Shown piece by piece: positions 1-13,538 of a DNA stretch of 64,000 nt. The position numbers and the translations under genes are program-made. The stretch is taken from the NCBI RefSeq assembly GCF_009914755.1, contig NC_060931.1. One strand, 5' to 3'. This DNA comes from the human T2T-CHM13v2.0 reference genome, Homo sapiens. The first letter of the stretch is position 1, and each line of letters starts with the position of its first letter. The notes beneath the pieces are model-generated. The model worked only from the letters and a program-made list of their open reading frames with translations, made no database searches and was not told where the DNA came from.

Positions 1-994
<994 letters not shown>

Positions 995-1534
995 ACACAG
1001 ATTGCTTAATCCTTCTGGGTCCCAGTTACAGCTAAAATAAGAATAATAATATCCAGTTTACAAAACTGATATTTGATTTGGTATGCAAAGCAGCTAAAAT
1101 TCTTCTCGACACATGAGAGGAGACGTTCTATAAATTGACACTATTATTGGCTTCCTTGATTACTTTATTTCTGAATATATTTGCTTTGCCCCCTTAACAA
1201 AGTTTGATGCTGCCATGGGAAAGGACTGTGGAATTTCTGCTGTTTTACCACAAATGAAAATTGAGTTTCTATTATGTGTGGTCTGGCTTAGAACTTTGCT
1301 TTGCTTATCTGCAGAGACAAAAACAAACTATAGCTAGATTGATTGATGACTTACCTTAGAATTAGGACCAATATATTTCACCAATAATGCTAGGTAATAG
1401 GTCATTTATTTCTCTAACAAGAAACTTCAGGTGCTGACCTGACCTCCTCCTAGTGTCTCATATGTCCTGTGGACTAGACTCCTCTCACTGCCCATACATC
1501 AGTTTTTTGACTAGTATCTACTTTCATCTCAATT

Positions 1535-2390
1535 TTTAAAAATAATATTCTATTTTAGGATAGTTTTAAGTTTAAAGAAAAATCAAAAAGATAGTACAGA
1601 GTTTTCATATATTTGATACTACATTTCTTCTATATTTTCAAGCAGTACTTGAACATTTTAAGGAGTACTGGTGAGGTATTTTATAGAATCTTCAATTGGG
1701 ATTTGTCTATTATTATTTTCTCCTGATAATACTGGAGATAAGGGGTTTAGTGAAGAAGAACACAGGGAAAATTGCCTTTTTCATCACGTTGTATCAAGGA
1801 TAAAATCTATCAACATGACATCACTGTGTGTCTTAACCTTGATTCCCTAGTTGAAGTGGTGTCTGTCAGGTCACTCCATATTGCAAAGTCAGTCTTTCCC
1901 CCCATTTCCATACTCAAGTCTATGGAAGGAAGTCTCTGTATGTGCAGCCCATACCTGAGGAGTGGAGATTTATTCTGCAGTGGAGATTTGTCTTATATGT
2001 CCCATTTATTTATTTATTTATTTATTTATCTCATGTTTATTTATGTTAGTATGGACTCATGGATATTTATTTCATACTTTGGGTTATACTCCAGTACTGC
2101 TTTATTTATTTTGTTGCAAAAATTTTTCCAGCATTGGCCATTGGTAAAAAGACAAAATTGGCTCTTGTATCCCTTAGGAATATGCCCATCATTGTACATT
2201 TTCTTTTGTTTCTTTGTTTTATTTTGTTTTTTGAGCATTTCTCTTTTTTTCTAGCCTAGAAAAACCTCCAAGCTTATCTTTTAAATGTTCTGCCCAGTCC
2301 TAAAATTGGCCATTTATTCCCTCTTCCTCATATTGGAGAATAGTATTTGTAGAAAGCAAAATTTGTGCACTCTATGTGCTTCTTGTTCCT
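1535..2390 (-). mobile_element. Ancient L1 3' UTR (L1MC4-like)
   Basis: Matches recalled L1MC4 3' end reverse complement (GGAGTACTGGTGAGGTATTTTATAGAAT; GTATGGACTCATGGATATTTATTTCATACTTTGGGTTATA). Confidence 0.8.
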
Positions 2391-2887
2391 GGCCAATATT
2401 ATAACATATTACATTATATGTAAACATATTAATTGAATAGCTATCACACATATAAAAATTAAGTGTACATCTAAACTTAATTGCTTACATTTGAATTTCT
2501 AAATGATAATGTGATCTAAAAATTTTTAGAAAATCCCCTGAGCATTGAGTAAATTGCCACCATGATCATGTAATATAAATATATAAATAGATATATTAAT
2601 ATTGTTAATATTCAATGAGAAAAAGTATTTTCAAATACAAAATAAAATATTGTCAAATGTTATTTCAACTTTTAAAATTTCTATTGTGTGTATATTTTAT
2701 AATTTGCAAAATATATTTTACAATCATAGCTGTGCCTAATTTATAAATAAATAAATATTCAAATACTAAGCATGTATGCTAATTTTTAACTTTTAAGTTT
2801 CATCATAAATAATTCCTGTGATCTCTGTTATATGTAATTTCTTCCTGTGGAGGTGATGTTGACAGTGTTACTTCTGCTGTAGACTAT

Positions 2888-3682
2888 AGGGAAATGCTTC
2901 AAACTTTAATGGGAATAAGAATCAATTGGGATTCTTATTAAAAATGCAGATTCTCGTTTAGCATGTGTATGTTTTCTATTGCTATAAACAAAATACCACA
3001 GACTAAATGCTTTAGAACAACACACATTTATTATCTTATCATTTCCACTGGGTCAGGATTGCAGGTACAAGTTATCTGGCTCCTCTGCTCAGCCTCTCAG
3101 CAGGCTAGAGCCACGCTGTTGCCAGGGGCTGCGATCTCACATCCCCCCTCAAGTTCATTGATTGTTGGCAACATATATTTCCTTGTGGTTGTAGAACCAA
3201 GAACTTCAGTTCATAGGGCATCCCACCATTTCCTGCTATGTGGTCATCTGCATAAGGCAGTTTCTTCCTTCACAACAAACAGGAGTGTATCTCTCCTGCT
3301 TCAAATCTCCCTGAATAACCTGTAGACTCTCATTTAAGGGACTCATCCAATTAGGCAAGGCCCACCCAGGATAATCTCCCCCTGGAATGAATTAAAGTCA
3401 ACTAATTAGGACATTTTAGCATATCACCGAAGTCCTTCTACCTTTGCCATGTAATATAACCAAATTATTGGAATAAATCCCGTCATGTTGACAAGTCGTA
3501 CTCGCAATCATGGGGAGACGCTCACAGAGAGTGTCTGTACCAAGAGGAGGAAATCTCACGGATCATCTTGAAATTGATTCTCTCGTAGTATGTGTGAGGT
3601 AGAGCCTGAGATTCTACATTTCTAACAAACTCCTTGGTGATGCTGATACTACTAGTACACAGGGGACACTTTGGCAAGACTG
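2888..3682 (+). mobile_element. MER5A hAT MITE split into two pieces (about 2888-2955 and 3576-3682) by an MLT1 LTR
   Basis: Left piece CTTCAAACTTTAAT...AAAATGCAGATT. Right piece CATTTCTAACAAACTCCTTGGTGATGCTGAT...CACTTTGGCAAGACTG. Confidence 0.7.
2964..3575 (-). mobile_element. MaLR solo LTR, MLT1E-like
   Basis: TTTTCTATTGCTATAAACAAAATACCACA start and GGCCCACCCAGGATAATCTCCC motif, both typical of MLT1E reverse complement. Confidence 0.75.
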
Positions 3683-4164
3683 TAGAGCACGTGGGAAGAA
3701 CTCCATTGGGAATATTGCCTTTCCTCCCATCTCCTTCCTTAGGTAGGCTTGGAGCATCCATGTTTCCAGGCTTTGCTGATTGTTCAACATCTTTGATTCA
3801 GGGAGCATGACTTTTGATTAAATCAGAGTCGGAGAAAGACAAATTCACAGGCATGTTTAAAAAAGAAACAAAACAAAAAGCCCACTGTCTCTGACAGTCA
3901 GTGGATTTTCTGTCAGATACTTTGGTATAGCCTTGGATGAAGGATTTTTAAGCTAGAGATAGTTATGAAGTAACAACAAATAACCAAGCTGTTCTAGGGT
4001 TTTCTTATTGCTTTTTAAAAGAATGCTATTGTGGGGGTGGTATGCAGCAATATTATTAATAATATTTCAGTAAGGTAGACAATATTTCTTTTTGAAAGGA
4101 GCATTCTTACAGTGTATTTTATATATTCAAATATTTTGGGATACACTGGATCAGTAATCAGCAT

Positions 4165-4356
4165 AGCAAGGTAGTTCATATCTTAGTCATTGCCACTAAA
4201 TACCAGAGTGATCTCTGGTAAGTTATTTAAAAGACTTAATTTCTCCATCTGTAATAATAATTCCAATCTCACTGAGATGTTGTGAGGGTTAATGAACAAT
4301 ACACATGAAACACAAAAGAGGTTCTGACAGGTAAACAATGCTCAATAAATGTTAGC
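4165..4356 (+). mobile_element. MIR SINE
   Basis: Core TTTCTCCATCTGTAA...GTTGTGAGGGTTAATGA and 3' end GCTCAATAAATGTTAGC. Confidence 0.75.
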
Positions 4357-4358
4357 AA

Positions 4359-4490
4359 ACTGGGCGAGGTGTCACACATCTGTAGTCCCAGCTACTCTGG
4401 AGGCTGAGATGGGAAGATGCCTTGAACTCAGGAGTTTGAGGCCAGCCTGAGCAACATAGTGAGACAGTATCTTTAAAATGAGCAAATAAA
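4359..4490 (+). mobile_element. FLAM (free left Alu monomer)
   Basis: Single monomer TGTAGTCCCAGCTACT...AGGAGTTTGAGGCCAGCCTGAGCAACATAGTGAGAC followed by an A-rich tail. Confidence 0.85.
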
Positions 4491-5559
4491 TAAATACTAG
4501 CAATGGTTCTGGGTATATTAGTGAAACATTTCCATAAAGATAGCAGGTTATTATTCAATGAAAATATAGAAGTACTATAGTTGAAGATAAGCAAAAATGC
4601 ATTGAGAATATTGTCTAAGTAAAAAGCATTAACTATATTCAAGGATACATTATTGAGGTATAATATAAATTGTGCCTGAATATTTGTATGCCTTTCATTT
4701 TATTAAACAATTCATTATATAATCCACAAGAAATACTTGCTGACCAGCTTATTCCTGTATTAGAGAGTGTAGGCAAAAGAAGGGATATATGAATTGGCTA
4801 ATGTCCTTGAGACATCACACCTTAAAAAACTTAAGCAAGATAAGCAAGTGTCCAAGATTGTACATGAATTAAATGTTAAGTGGGTGTTTAGCCCAGTATG
4901 TGTTGCACTTAATGCTGACAGCCTAAAGTGAAAATAAAAGGCTCTGCTTGTTTCATTTGAATGGCTAGAAAGCTATCAGTGTCACAGAGTCAGGAAAGCC
5001 ATTTGCTCTCTATTTGTCGATTTTCTGTGTTCCAGTGTGTTTGATAAAGAAAGAGGTAGAGAAGAATCTCAGTGAAGTTAAGTACTTCTGACATAGTTAC
5101 AACAGAAGTAACTTAAAAGTGGCCCACTGGATACTGCTGGGTGATGTGGTGTATTTTCCAGAAGAACTGTGAAAAAATTTGTAGACAGTTTTGCCCTGTT
5201 CACCATGTATCCCAAAATATGAACAAAACATGGTATGTGTATTTAGCAGCAAAAGAGAAAGACTAAATAGTCTCATGGAAAGCATGTGGAATAGGGATGA
5301 TACTGAGAATGCAGAAGACAAATTTATTATCCTCTGAAATTCTAGATTCAGCTCTGTGGAAGAAGGAAACAAAATTAACTTCTCTTGCCCTAAGACTGCC
5401 TGGAATTTAGTAAACACAAGGGTATATACACCCCAAAATTCAGTCTGGCCTTGAAGATTTTTCCACAAAGTCAATAAAGAACACTGAGGAAAGTTAGATG
5501 AAAGAACAATAAAGTAACTACTATTTAGTAGATATAAAACACTGAATGCTTAATCACAT

Positions 5560-5690
5560 ACTTAATATATGTTTTCTTCCCCCAGATACTGTGAGAGATC
5601 AGTATGATTTCTATTTTATGGGTAAGAAAATTTAAGCTCTGAGAAGTCAAATTATTCACTGTATGTCACAACAGCTTGGACTTGCTTGGA
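5560..5690 (-). mobile_element. MIR fragment
   Basis: CTATTTTATGGGTAAGAAAATTTAAGCTCTGAGAAGT resembles the MIR core reverse complement. Confidence 0.5.
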
Positions 5691-6018
5691 TCTGGGTGGA
5701 CTGAGTTTTTTTGTTATGTGTAGATAACTCTGTGTGTGACTGTGATCCAGAAAAGTGGCTAATTAGTGGATGATTCCAACAGATAGCAATACTCAGACAG
5801 TATGGAAACATAATGACCTGTCTGATCGGTTCATTGCCTCAGATGATACCTACTATGCATGCTGCAAATGCACACCAGCTTTCCTGCTAGACCCCAAGGG
5901 GTAAGAGCTTGAAGAGCAGGCACCTGTCTTGCCATAAGCAATCATTCAAAAAAGCCAGGTGGAAAACGACTTTCAGTGTGGAAATAAATCAAACGCAGTG
6001 TCAAGACATCGGTGAGTG

Positions 6019-6049
<31 letters not shown>

Positions 6050-6114
6050 GAAAGAAACTGCCCTGTTTCTATTTTTCATTAAGCATGCATGAGGGTTTTT
6101 CAAATTATTATTAT

Positions 6115-6776
6115 TATTAATAAAACCAATTTTGAGTGATGATGTGGAGAAGCTAGAAGTGTCATCTATTGCAGGGAGGAATGGGAATTGGTACAATCAC
6201 TTTGGAAAACAGGTTGGCTGTACCTGAACATAGGTATAACCTATTATCCAGCAATTCCTCTCCTAGGCATAACTCAACAGAATTTATCTATGTGTTTACC
6301 AAAAGAAATGTACAAGAATGTTCACAGAACTATATGAAATAGTAACAAACTGAAAATCATGTAAATGTTCATCAAAATTACGTAGGATAAATAACCAGTG
6401 CTGTATTAAAAATAAAACCAAATACCTCAATGAGAATGAAAGGATTACTACTGCGACTTCTATCATAATGAATGAATCACAGATATAATGAAGAACAAGA
6501 GAAGGCAATATATAATGTGTTATTTCATTTATATAAAATACAAAAGCAGATAAATCTACCATATGGTATCGTAATTAAGGATAACATTTGCTTTTAGGGC
6601 ACGTATAGACTAGGAATTTCGCTATTTCTAGATCTCTGTCTCTCTCTTTTTTAACTTTTTGACCTGGAGAAGGTTATACGGTATACTTACTTGGTGAGAA
6701 TTGATTAAGCCATACACTTATGACTTGCTCACATTCATATATAGCTTATATTTCAATAAACTCTTTTTAAAAAAAA
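6115..6776 (+). mobile_element. Ancient L1ME 3' end
   Basis: GGTACAATCACTTTGGAAAAC, CCAGCAATTCCTCTCCTAGG, and terminal TTTCAATAAA plus A-run. Confidence 0.8.
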
Positions 6777-7278
6777 TTGTTAAGGCGTCACAGGTGAAGG
6801 ATAATGAGAGTTTCTAAAATACAGTTCCAACTCTGCAATTGAGAACAATTTCAATGAGGAGGAAAAAAGACATTTATCTAAAGAAATTATTAACACTATA
6901 TTTTAATCTCAAATTGTGAAAGAAAATACTCAAATTTCAGAAAGGGCAATGTATATCAATGTTGAAAAACATTGTGCATTGTTGTGACTCTTTAAGAATA
7001 TCCTTGGGAAGTCTAAAATACAGATTGAGTTTTAAAAAGTTGACTACAAGCAACAAAGTGTATGTAAAGCCTAAGGAACAGTATAAGATGGAAAAAGAAA
7101 GGATGTGTCAATGCAATCAGATTTATTCGATTAAAGGCAGAAATTTATAATTTCTATATTCCTCCTTTTCTGCCAAGTATATCACTGTTCAAATATGAAA
7201 GTGTTACATATGCATGCTAAAACAGAACAGAAAATATGAATGCAAATTGCTATTTTTAAGTGAGTTCAAAATCACAGC

Positions 7279-7501
7279 CAAGGAGTTGGCAAACTACAGT
7301 CTGCAAGCCAAATCCAGCCAGCTCCCTGCTTTTGTAAATAAAGCTTTATTGTTTCACAGCCATTCTCATTCACATATATATTATCCATATCTGCTTTTGT
7401 GCTATAGGCAGAGTTGATTGGCTGAGGTAGAGATGGTAGAGTCTGCAAAGTGAGAGATATTTGCCCTCTGGCCCTTTATAGACAAAGTGTGCCAACTCAT
7501 G
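7279..7501 (+). mobile_element. MER58A hAT MITE, full length
   Basis: Terminal inverted repeats GAGTTGGCAAAC / GTGTGCCAACTC and internal TTTTGTAAATAAAGCTTTATT. Confidence 0.9.
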
Positions 7502-7555
7502 GCATACATTAAGACAAATGATTTTTTAGAGTTCTAAGCTATTAAAGTATGATGT

Positions 7556-7906
7556 GTTTTTTGTTTGTTTGTTTGTTTCTTTTGTGTGTGTGTGTGTGTG
7601 TGTGTTTTTGAGATGGAGTCTCACTCTGTCACCAGGCTGGAGTGCAGTGGCACGATCTCGGCTCAGTGAAACCTCCACCTCCTCAGTTCAAGCGATTCCC
7701 CTGCCTCAGCCTCCCAATTAGCTGAGACGATAGGTGTGTGTGCCACCACGCCCGGCTAATTTTTTTTATTTTTTTTTTAATGTATTTTAGTAGAGATGGG
7801 GTTTCACCACGTTGACCAGGATGGTCTCAATCTCCTGACCTCGTGATCCGTCTGCCTTGTCCTCCCAAAGTGCTGGGATTATAGGCCTGAGCCACAGTGC
7901 CCAGCC
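7556..7906 (-). mobile_element. Alu (AluSc-like); tail converted to (TTTG)n/(TG)n microsatellite
   Basis: Dimeric Alu with GTCACCAGGCTGG and CAGGATGGTCTC...GACCTCGTGATCC diagnostics. (TG)11 lies at 7583-7604. Confidence 0.95.
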
Positions 7907-8972
7907 AGAAGTGGTTTTGTATCTACTTTTGTAATCTCTCATGAATCAAAATTGAGAGAGGAGTTAAAGTTTGGAGGAAGATGACTATTTTTGTTTAAGT
8001 TTCTATTTTTTAAATGTTCGGTCTGGGGATAATATGATGGTAACCTTAATATTGATCCTTTGTAAAATTCCAGAGTAAATTTTTAGACAAATGGTTTTCT
8101 GAATACTGAGAGCAATCAGCAAATTGATAGAGGTGGTGATAGCTACTAACTTATTTATCACAAAAGTCTATGATATAACTACGTTATTATCTTCACTTTA
8201 CCAATGAAGAAAATGTGATACTAATCTAAACTCACATAGCTAGCAATAATCTGACATCTTGATGTTCTTATTTTGCTTACCCCATATCCCATTACACAGA
8301 CTCACTAAGAAGTTGCATGAGTTCTGTCATGTTCTTTCAAGTATCATTACTAGGAAAATGGCATGGATATACTATATTTTCATTTTATTATGGTCTTTAG
8401 CAAAATGTGTTATAATTTGGAGGAAGCAATACAAATAGGAGGGTTCATAGTATATTATTATCTAAAATATTACCTAAAGCAAAATATTATCTAAAATATG
8501 TAAAAATATCAGATAAAAGTTGTACTTTAATATAATTTCATAGGACAACCTTAGCCTTTTTGTATTTTACATTCTTTACTACCTTAGTAGGTATCAAAAA
8601 GGATGACTGAAAACAGATAGAGGTTGCTGACATACTGCAGAGTGGAATCAAAATTCCACATTGACTCCATAGCTTAGTAGATTCATACTTACTAGGTACC
8701 AAGCCCTCTGTGTCCTGCCTGGCTTATAGCAGGGGAGAGGGCAAACATGGATGCTGCACGCACAGCATGCTCTGTTTAACACTGGAAACCAATGCTGACT
8801 GTTTGGTGAGAATACTGAGTGTTAACAAGGAGCTCTTCAGTATATAAATTACATATAACTGGCTGTTCATTGAGACCCTCCTGGAGGATTGTAAATTTGG
8901 AACTGAAGAAAATGCAAGTTAGTGAGCCAGCTAAAGGAAATTAAGAATAATGAATGTGAGTGGGTGTGTATA

Positions 8973-9327
8973 TGCAATGGACTGAATGTTCATGTCCCCC
9001 ACAAATTCATGAGTTGAAACCCTAATTCCAATGTGATGGTATTTGAAGGTGATGATCTTTGGGGGATAATGAGGTCATGAAAGGGAGCCCTCGTGAATGA
9101 GATACTTGCTTTTGTAAGAAGAAGCTAGAGAGCTAGCTAGCTCTTTGCCATGTGATGACACAGCAATAACATCTGTCTATAAACCAGGAAGAGGGCCCTC
9201 ACCAAGAAACTCATGCTACTGGCACCCTGATTTTGGACTTCAGACCTCCAGAACTGTGAGAAATAAATGTTGCTTAAACCACTCAGTTAATGGTATTGTT
9301 TTTCTAGCAGCCAAGCTGACTAAGGCA
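8973..9327 (+). mobile_element. MaLR solo LTR, MLT1A-family
   Basis: TGCAATGGACTGAATGTT start, CCTCCAGAACTGTGAGAAATAAATG, and GCTGACTAAGGCA end. Confidence 0.9.
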
Positions 9328-9784
9328 ATGTGGGATTGGGAAGGGCCTTTTGGGAAGAGAAACAGGAGCTGCACAGACCTTGAAGTAGAAGAGAGAATAA
9401 GAGTACGTATATGTGAAGAAATTCAGTATACCTGGACTGTGAAGATCAGAACGAGCTGTAATGATGAACAGAAACCAAAAAGCTTTCAAAAGTAAAAAAA
9501 ATATATTTGCATAGCAAGTAGAAATCTTGATTACAAATAGGATATCTTTTTTTGACAAGTTCTATAGAAACAAGTGTGTGATAATCTTGGTGAAAGCAAG
9601 CAAGAAGACATATACATATAGCTCTGATTACATCCACATTCACTTGCATTTACAGCAGTGTAGTGTCCAGATGAGAACATAGTCTCTGACCATGATTCTT
9701 TGCTATCCTACAAATAGCACAATATATTGTATTGTAGGTGCCACACAGAAAGCGAAGATTGACCAACTAATACTCTCTAAACAG

Positions 9785-10175
9785 ATTTGAAGGGTTTATG
9801 TGAGGGACAAATTCAGGAAAATGTAAAGTCTTGGCCTGGAGAGAAAAAGCTTAACCAGAGGCATTATTGCATCTTAAAGTATCTTAAAAACTTTCATTTA
9901 GAAGAGGGAGTTGATTTATTTTGTATGCTTTTAAAATGTAGAACAAGGAACAATGGGCAGACACATTTTTCACTCTAAATAATCAAGAACTTTCTGAGAA
10001 TAATAGCTTTCCAAATAAGGAAGCCTCTCCACAACATACTCCCTGCCATGGGATTTATTTAAGGGAGACCAAAGGCCATTTCTGAAGGATGCTGTGCAAG
10101 GTGTTCTTTCATTGAGATGGAGATTGGGCGACGTGACCCTTATGTCTCTAAGAGGCTGTAGTTATGTGTTTCTTA
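9785..10175 (+). mobile_element. L3/CR1 LINE 3' end
   Basis: DNA and peptide (KYLK..H.EEG.DLF...RTR.NG) resemble the CR1/L3 ORF2 C-terminus, followed by L3 3' UTR-like sequence. Confidence 0.7.
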
Positions 10176-10958
10176 TACTGTCTTTCTCTTTATTCTGCTA
10201 CACTGCTGGGAGAGTAAAAACTTGAGGCGATTTTAAAATGACTTGCCCAGATGCTAGTTTCTGATACTAAGTCAAAACACTGGCTGCTCTATCATGGCTG
10301 ATGAGTTAGTTTTTTGTTTGGATAAAAGTCATGAATTTGATTATGTTAGGGTTATTTCTGTTAGGGCTCTCCAAGCACAGGCAACATTTTAATGACATGA
10401 ATCACACAGAAGATAGTAATTACTGTTTTGTGAACTAAACAGCCCCACCATCCTGTATAGCAGGGTAATCATCATTAGAAAACCATTTCTAACAATATGT
10501 GCCACACATTTATTGTTCTAGGTTTGTATACATTCCAAATAGCTTGAAGCAGAGCTTTGAGTGTTTAACATTGTTGATACTTTTACAATATTAAAAGTTG
10601 TCTTTCCCCATACCTTTCTGGCCACTTAAAACTCTGTTCTCTTTTATTGTGACCTCATCACATGCATGACAATCTGGTGTCCAGAATTTGTTTTCCTGTT
10701 ATGGAAATAAAGATACACACATACTCTCTCACAAACTCTTATAATGTTTCTCACACATGCACACTTCCTTCTCTTAGTTCGGATTCAGTTTCTAACTTCA
10801 CCTTTTCATTGAAAATATTTAAAATTTTAATTATTTAAACCAATATGCTAAGCTATCAAATGTTGGAGTTTAATGTCAGGTATGTTTTAGAATCTATATC
10901 ATACTGTTTGGTCATGGACCTCATGAGGCAATTAGGTAGTAACGTCTAATACACTGTC

Positions 10959-11254
10959 TTTTTTTTTTTTTTTTTTTTTTTTTTTGAGATGGAGTCTCCC
11001 TCTGTCACCCAGACCGTAGTGCAGTGGCGTGATCTTGGCTCACTGCAAACTCCATCTCCCAGGTTCAAGTGATTCTCTTGCCTCAGCTCCCGAGTAGCTG
11101 GGATTACAGGCGCCCACCACCACGCCCGGCTAATTTTTGTATTTTTAGTAGAGACGGGGTGTCACCATGTTAGCCAGGCTGGTCACAAACTCCTGACCTC
11201 AGGCTGTTTGCCCGTCTCGGCCTCCCAAAGTGCTAGGATTACAGGCGTGAGCCA
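10959..11254 (-). mobile_element. AluS (AluSx-like), slightly 5'-truncated
   Basis: T27 tail and dimeric body. Degenerate TSD TAATACACTGTCTT / TAATAGATTGTTTT. Confidence 0.95.
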
Positions 11255-11636
11255 TAATAGATTGTTTTGATCCTGTGTATGGTAATACATTCATGAGCTG
11301 TCATGCATACTGAAAACAATGTACGGTATATCGGTGGTACATTTTGATGATCTCCAAATGTAGTTACTATAGTTAACAAAGTTACTTAAAAAATAACATT
11401 TTAAACCTTATTCTGTTTTTTAATTTTTTTTTATGTTCTTGTGTTTAGTCTTATTTGTATGTTCTCATGCCTATGTTAAATTATATATAATTTACTTTAA
11501 CATATATCAGCCTGGTTAAGAAATATGTCTGTGCATTAATTAGTTGTAAACTATCCCCTTTAACCAAGAACAGCTAATTTCTAAACTGTACTCTTTAGGA
11601 AGGCACTCTCGAGAGGATGTCAGCTAGCATTTAAAT

Positions 11637-11958
11637 CAGCCGTCCCCAACCTTTATGGCACCAAGGACTGGTTTTGTATAAGACAATTTTTCCACGGACG
11701 GGGAGGGGTATGGTTTTGGGATGAAACAGCATGAGGCATTAGATTATCATAAGGAGCCTACAACCTAGATCCCTTGTATGTGCAGTTCACAATAGGGTTT
11801 GCACTCCTATGAGAATCTAATGCCCCTGCTGATCTGATAGGAGGCGGAACTCAGGCGGTAATGCTTGCTCACTTGATGTTCACCTCCTGCTGTGCAGCCC
11901 GGTTCCTAACAGGCCACAAAGGGGTATAGGTGTGTGGCCCAGGGGTTGGGTACCCCTG
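11637..11958 (+). mobile_element. MER1B hAT MITE
   Basis: TIRs CAGCCGTCCCCAACC / GGTTGGGTACCCCTG. 8-bp TSD-like flanks ATTTAAAT / GTTTAAGT. Confidence 0.92.
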
Positions 11959-13102
11959 GTTTAAGTGATTTTCATTTAGAAGCCCGCAATGCAGGGTAAG
12001 CTACTATTAAGTATTTCTTTTAACATGGTATCTACTCAACATCTTAGAGTGTGCTAGTCTAATATATCACAGAAATGACTTTTTTATTGATAAAGTAAGT
12101 GGTTTTCATAAGGTGTGAATTGTTAAACTACTGTATAGGAATGTGCCCTTGAAACAACAGAGTTTTAAGAATGTATCCAGCCCTATAATCTACTCCATTG
12201 GAAATAATATCTTAAGTTTATGATTCCAAATAGGTTCTGTGTCCAGTAACATGTTTTGTTACATGAATCTGTAAAAGTTGAGCTAAATTGTATCTCTCAA
12301 ATATGGCTGCACCTGCTTTGAATGAATCTTTCATATAAGGTGGCGTCGTTCTACCCAAAGAACAAAGATCTGTGACTGCAGTGAGAATGGAGAACCGGTG
12401 CTATCAAAGTATTTTGGATCTGTTTGCCCATAAAGATACATATAGTAGGCTTCCTCCTGAAAATTACAATTATTGTAATATTATACCTGATAAAAATGTT
12501 GTCAGTTAGAAGGCCTGTATTTATTACCTACCTCCAACTAAAAGGAACCTAATAAGTGTGAATCATCAAATTGATTTATGTTAATATGCATCAGGAAGAA
12601 ATCTCATAAAAGGATATTTTTAATGTAGATTTTCCTGGGTATTATTAAAACTAACAATACAAAACATATGTGATACTTCTTTAGTGAATAATTATCTCCA
12701 AGCCGTTAAAATTCCACTTAAAAAACTCACAGCATAAAAATCTGGGAGTATTACTTAGTTATTTTTAACATAAAAATTTCAGAATCTTTGAAAAAACATC
12801 TCTCATTTAATTTTCTTCTGCTATTACATAACTCACATGTTGAATAAAGGGGGTTGTTACAGGAGAAAAACCAAAGCAAAGCTAAAATGACAACAGATAG
12901 GACCCATCCCTTCAGGACCAAGCAAAATAGAATCAAAATTTAAAAATCCATATACCATCATAACATTATGCATCAAAACCAATATCATTAAAATAACCTC
13001 CAGTGGTAAAATAAATTATCTCTCATTAATATTTGAGTGTGGAATAATGTTCTGCAAGTACAATTGTGTTTTATAACTCAGATTGTACACCTTACAACTG
13101 AT

Positions 13103-13538
13103 TGTGGTTGACATGGTAAAGCTCAACCCATATGTATCTTCCTGGAAGGGCTTATTGTACCAGCTGCTGGGAGCATTAGATGTTATTCAGTTGTCAGCCC
13201 CTTTCAGGGACTACCTCAGTGCCAAGGATTACTTTGCTCAAAGTCATTCCGTTCCCTAAGCAGTCCACCTCTAATGACTTACAGGAGAGGTTACAAAGTC
13301 TTAGCCATTTCAGACTAGCCCAGGACAACTCCAATGAGCCGTATTTGCTCCAGATCCTACCACTGAATCGGAGAAGGCTTTTGCCCAGTTGGCATTACGC
13401 TTTCACTTCTCCAGCTACTCAAATCTGCTGCTGCTTCTGCTGTAAGTAGCTGTTGATCCCAAGACCCTGCCCTAGTAGACCTTCTGCACATTGAATTTAA
13501 TTTCAAATGTTGCTTCCTGGAGAACCCATTCTGGGACA
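13103..13538 (+). mobile_element. ERVL solo LTR, LTR16A-like
   Basis: TG...CA ends with CAGCTGCTGGGAG, TGTCAGCCCCTTTCAGGGA, TGTTGATCCCAAG and TGCTTCCTGGAGAACCC motifs. Confidence 0.85.

Noticed and set aside
1772-2259. 160-aa hydrophobic ORF and overlapping ORFs as membrane proteins
   Set aside because: They lie in antisense L1MC4 3' UTR, the longest has a TTG start, and hydrophobicity comes from (TTTA)n and T-rich sequence.
2963-3325. 120-aa ORF; similar ORFs at 9145, 13180, 20454, 32405 and 40148
   Set aside because: All lie mainly within LTR sequences and show no protein-like homology.
5097-5474. 125-aa minus-strand ORF in unique DNA
   Set aside because: It has a TTG start (a bacterial start rule), no recognisable domain and no supporting gene structure.
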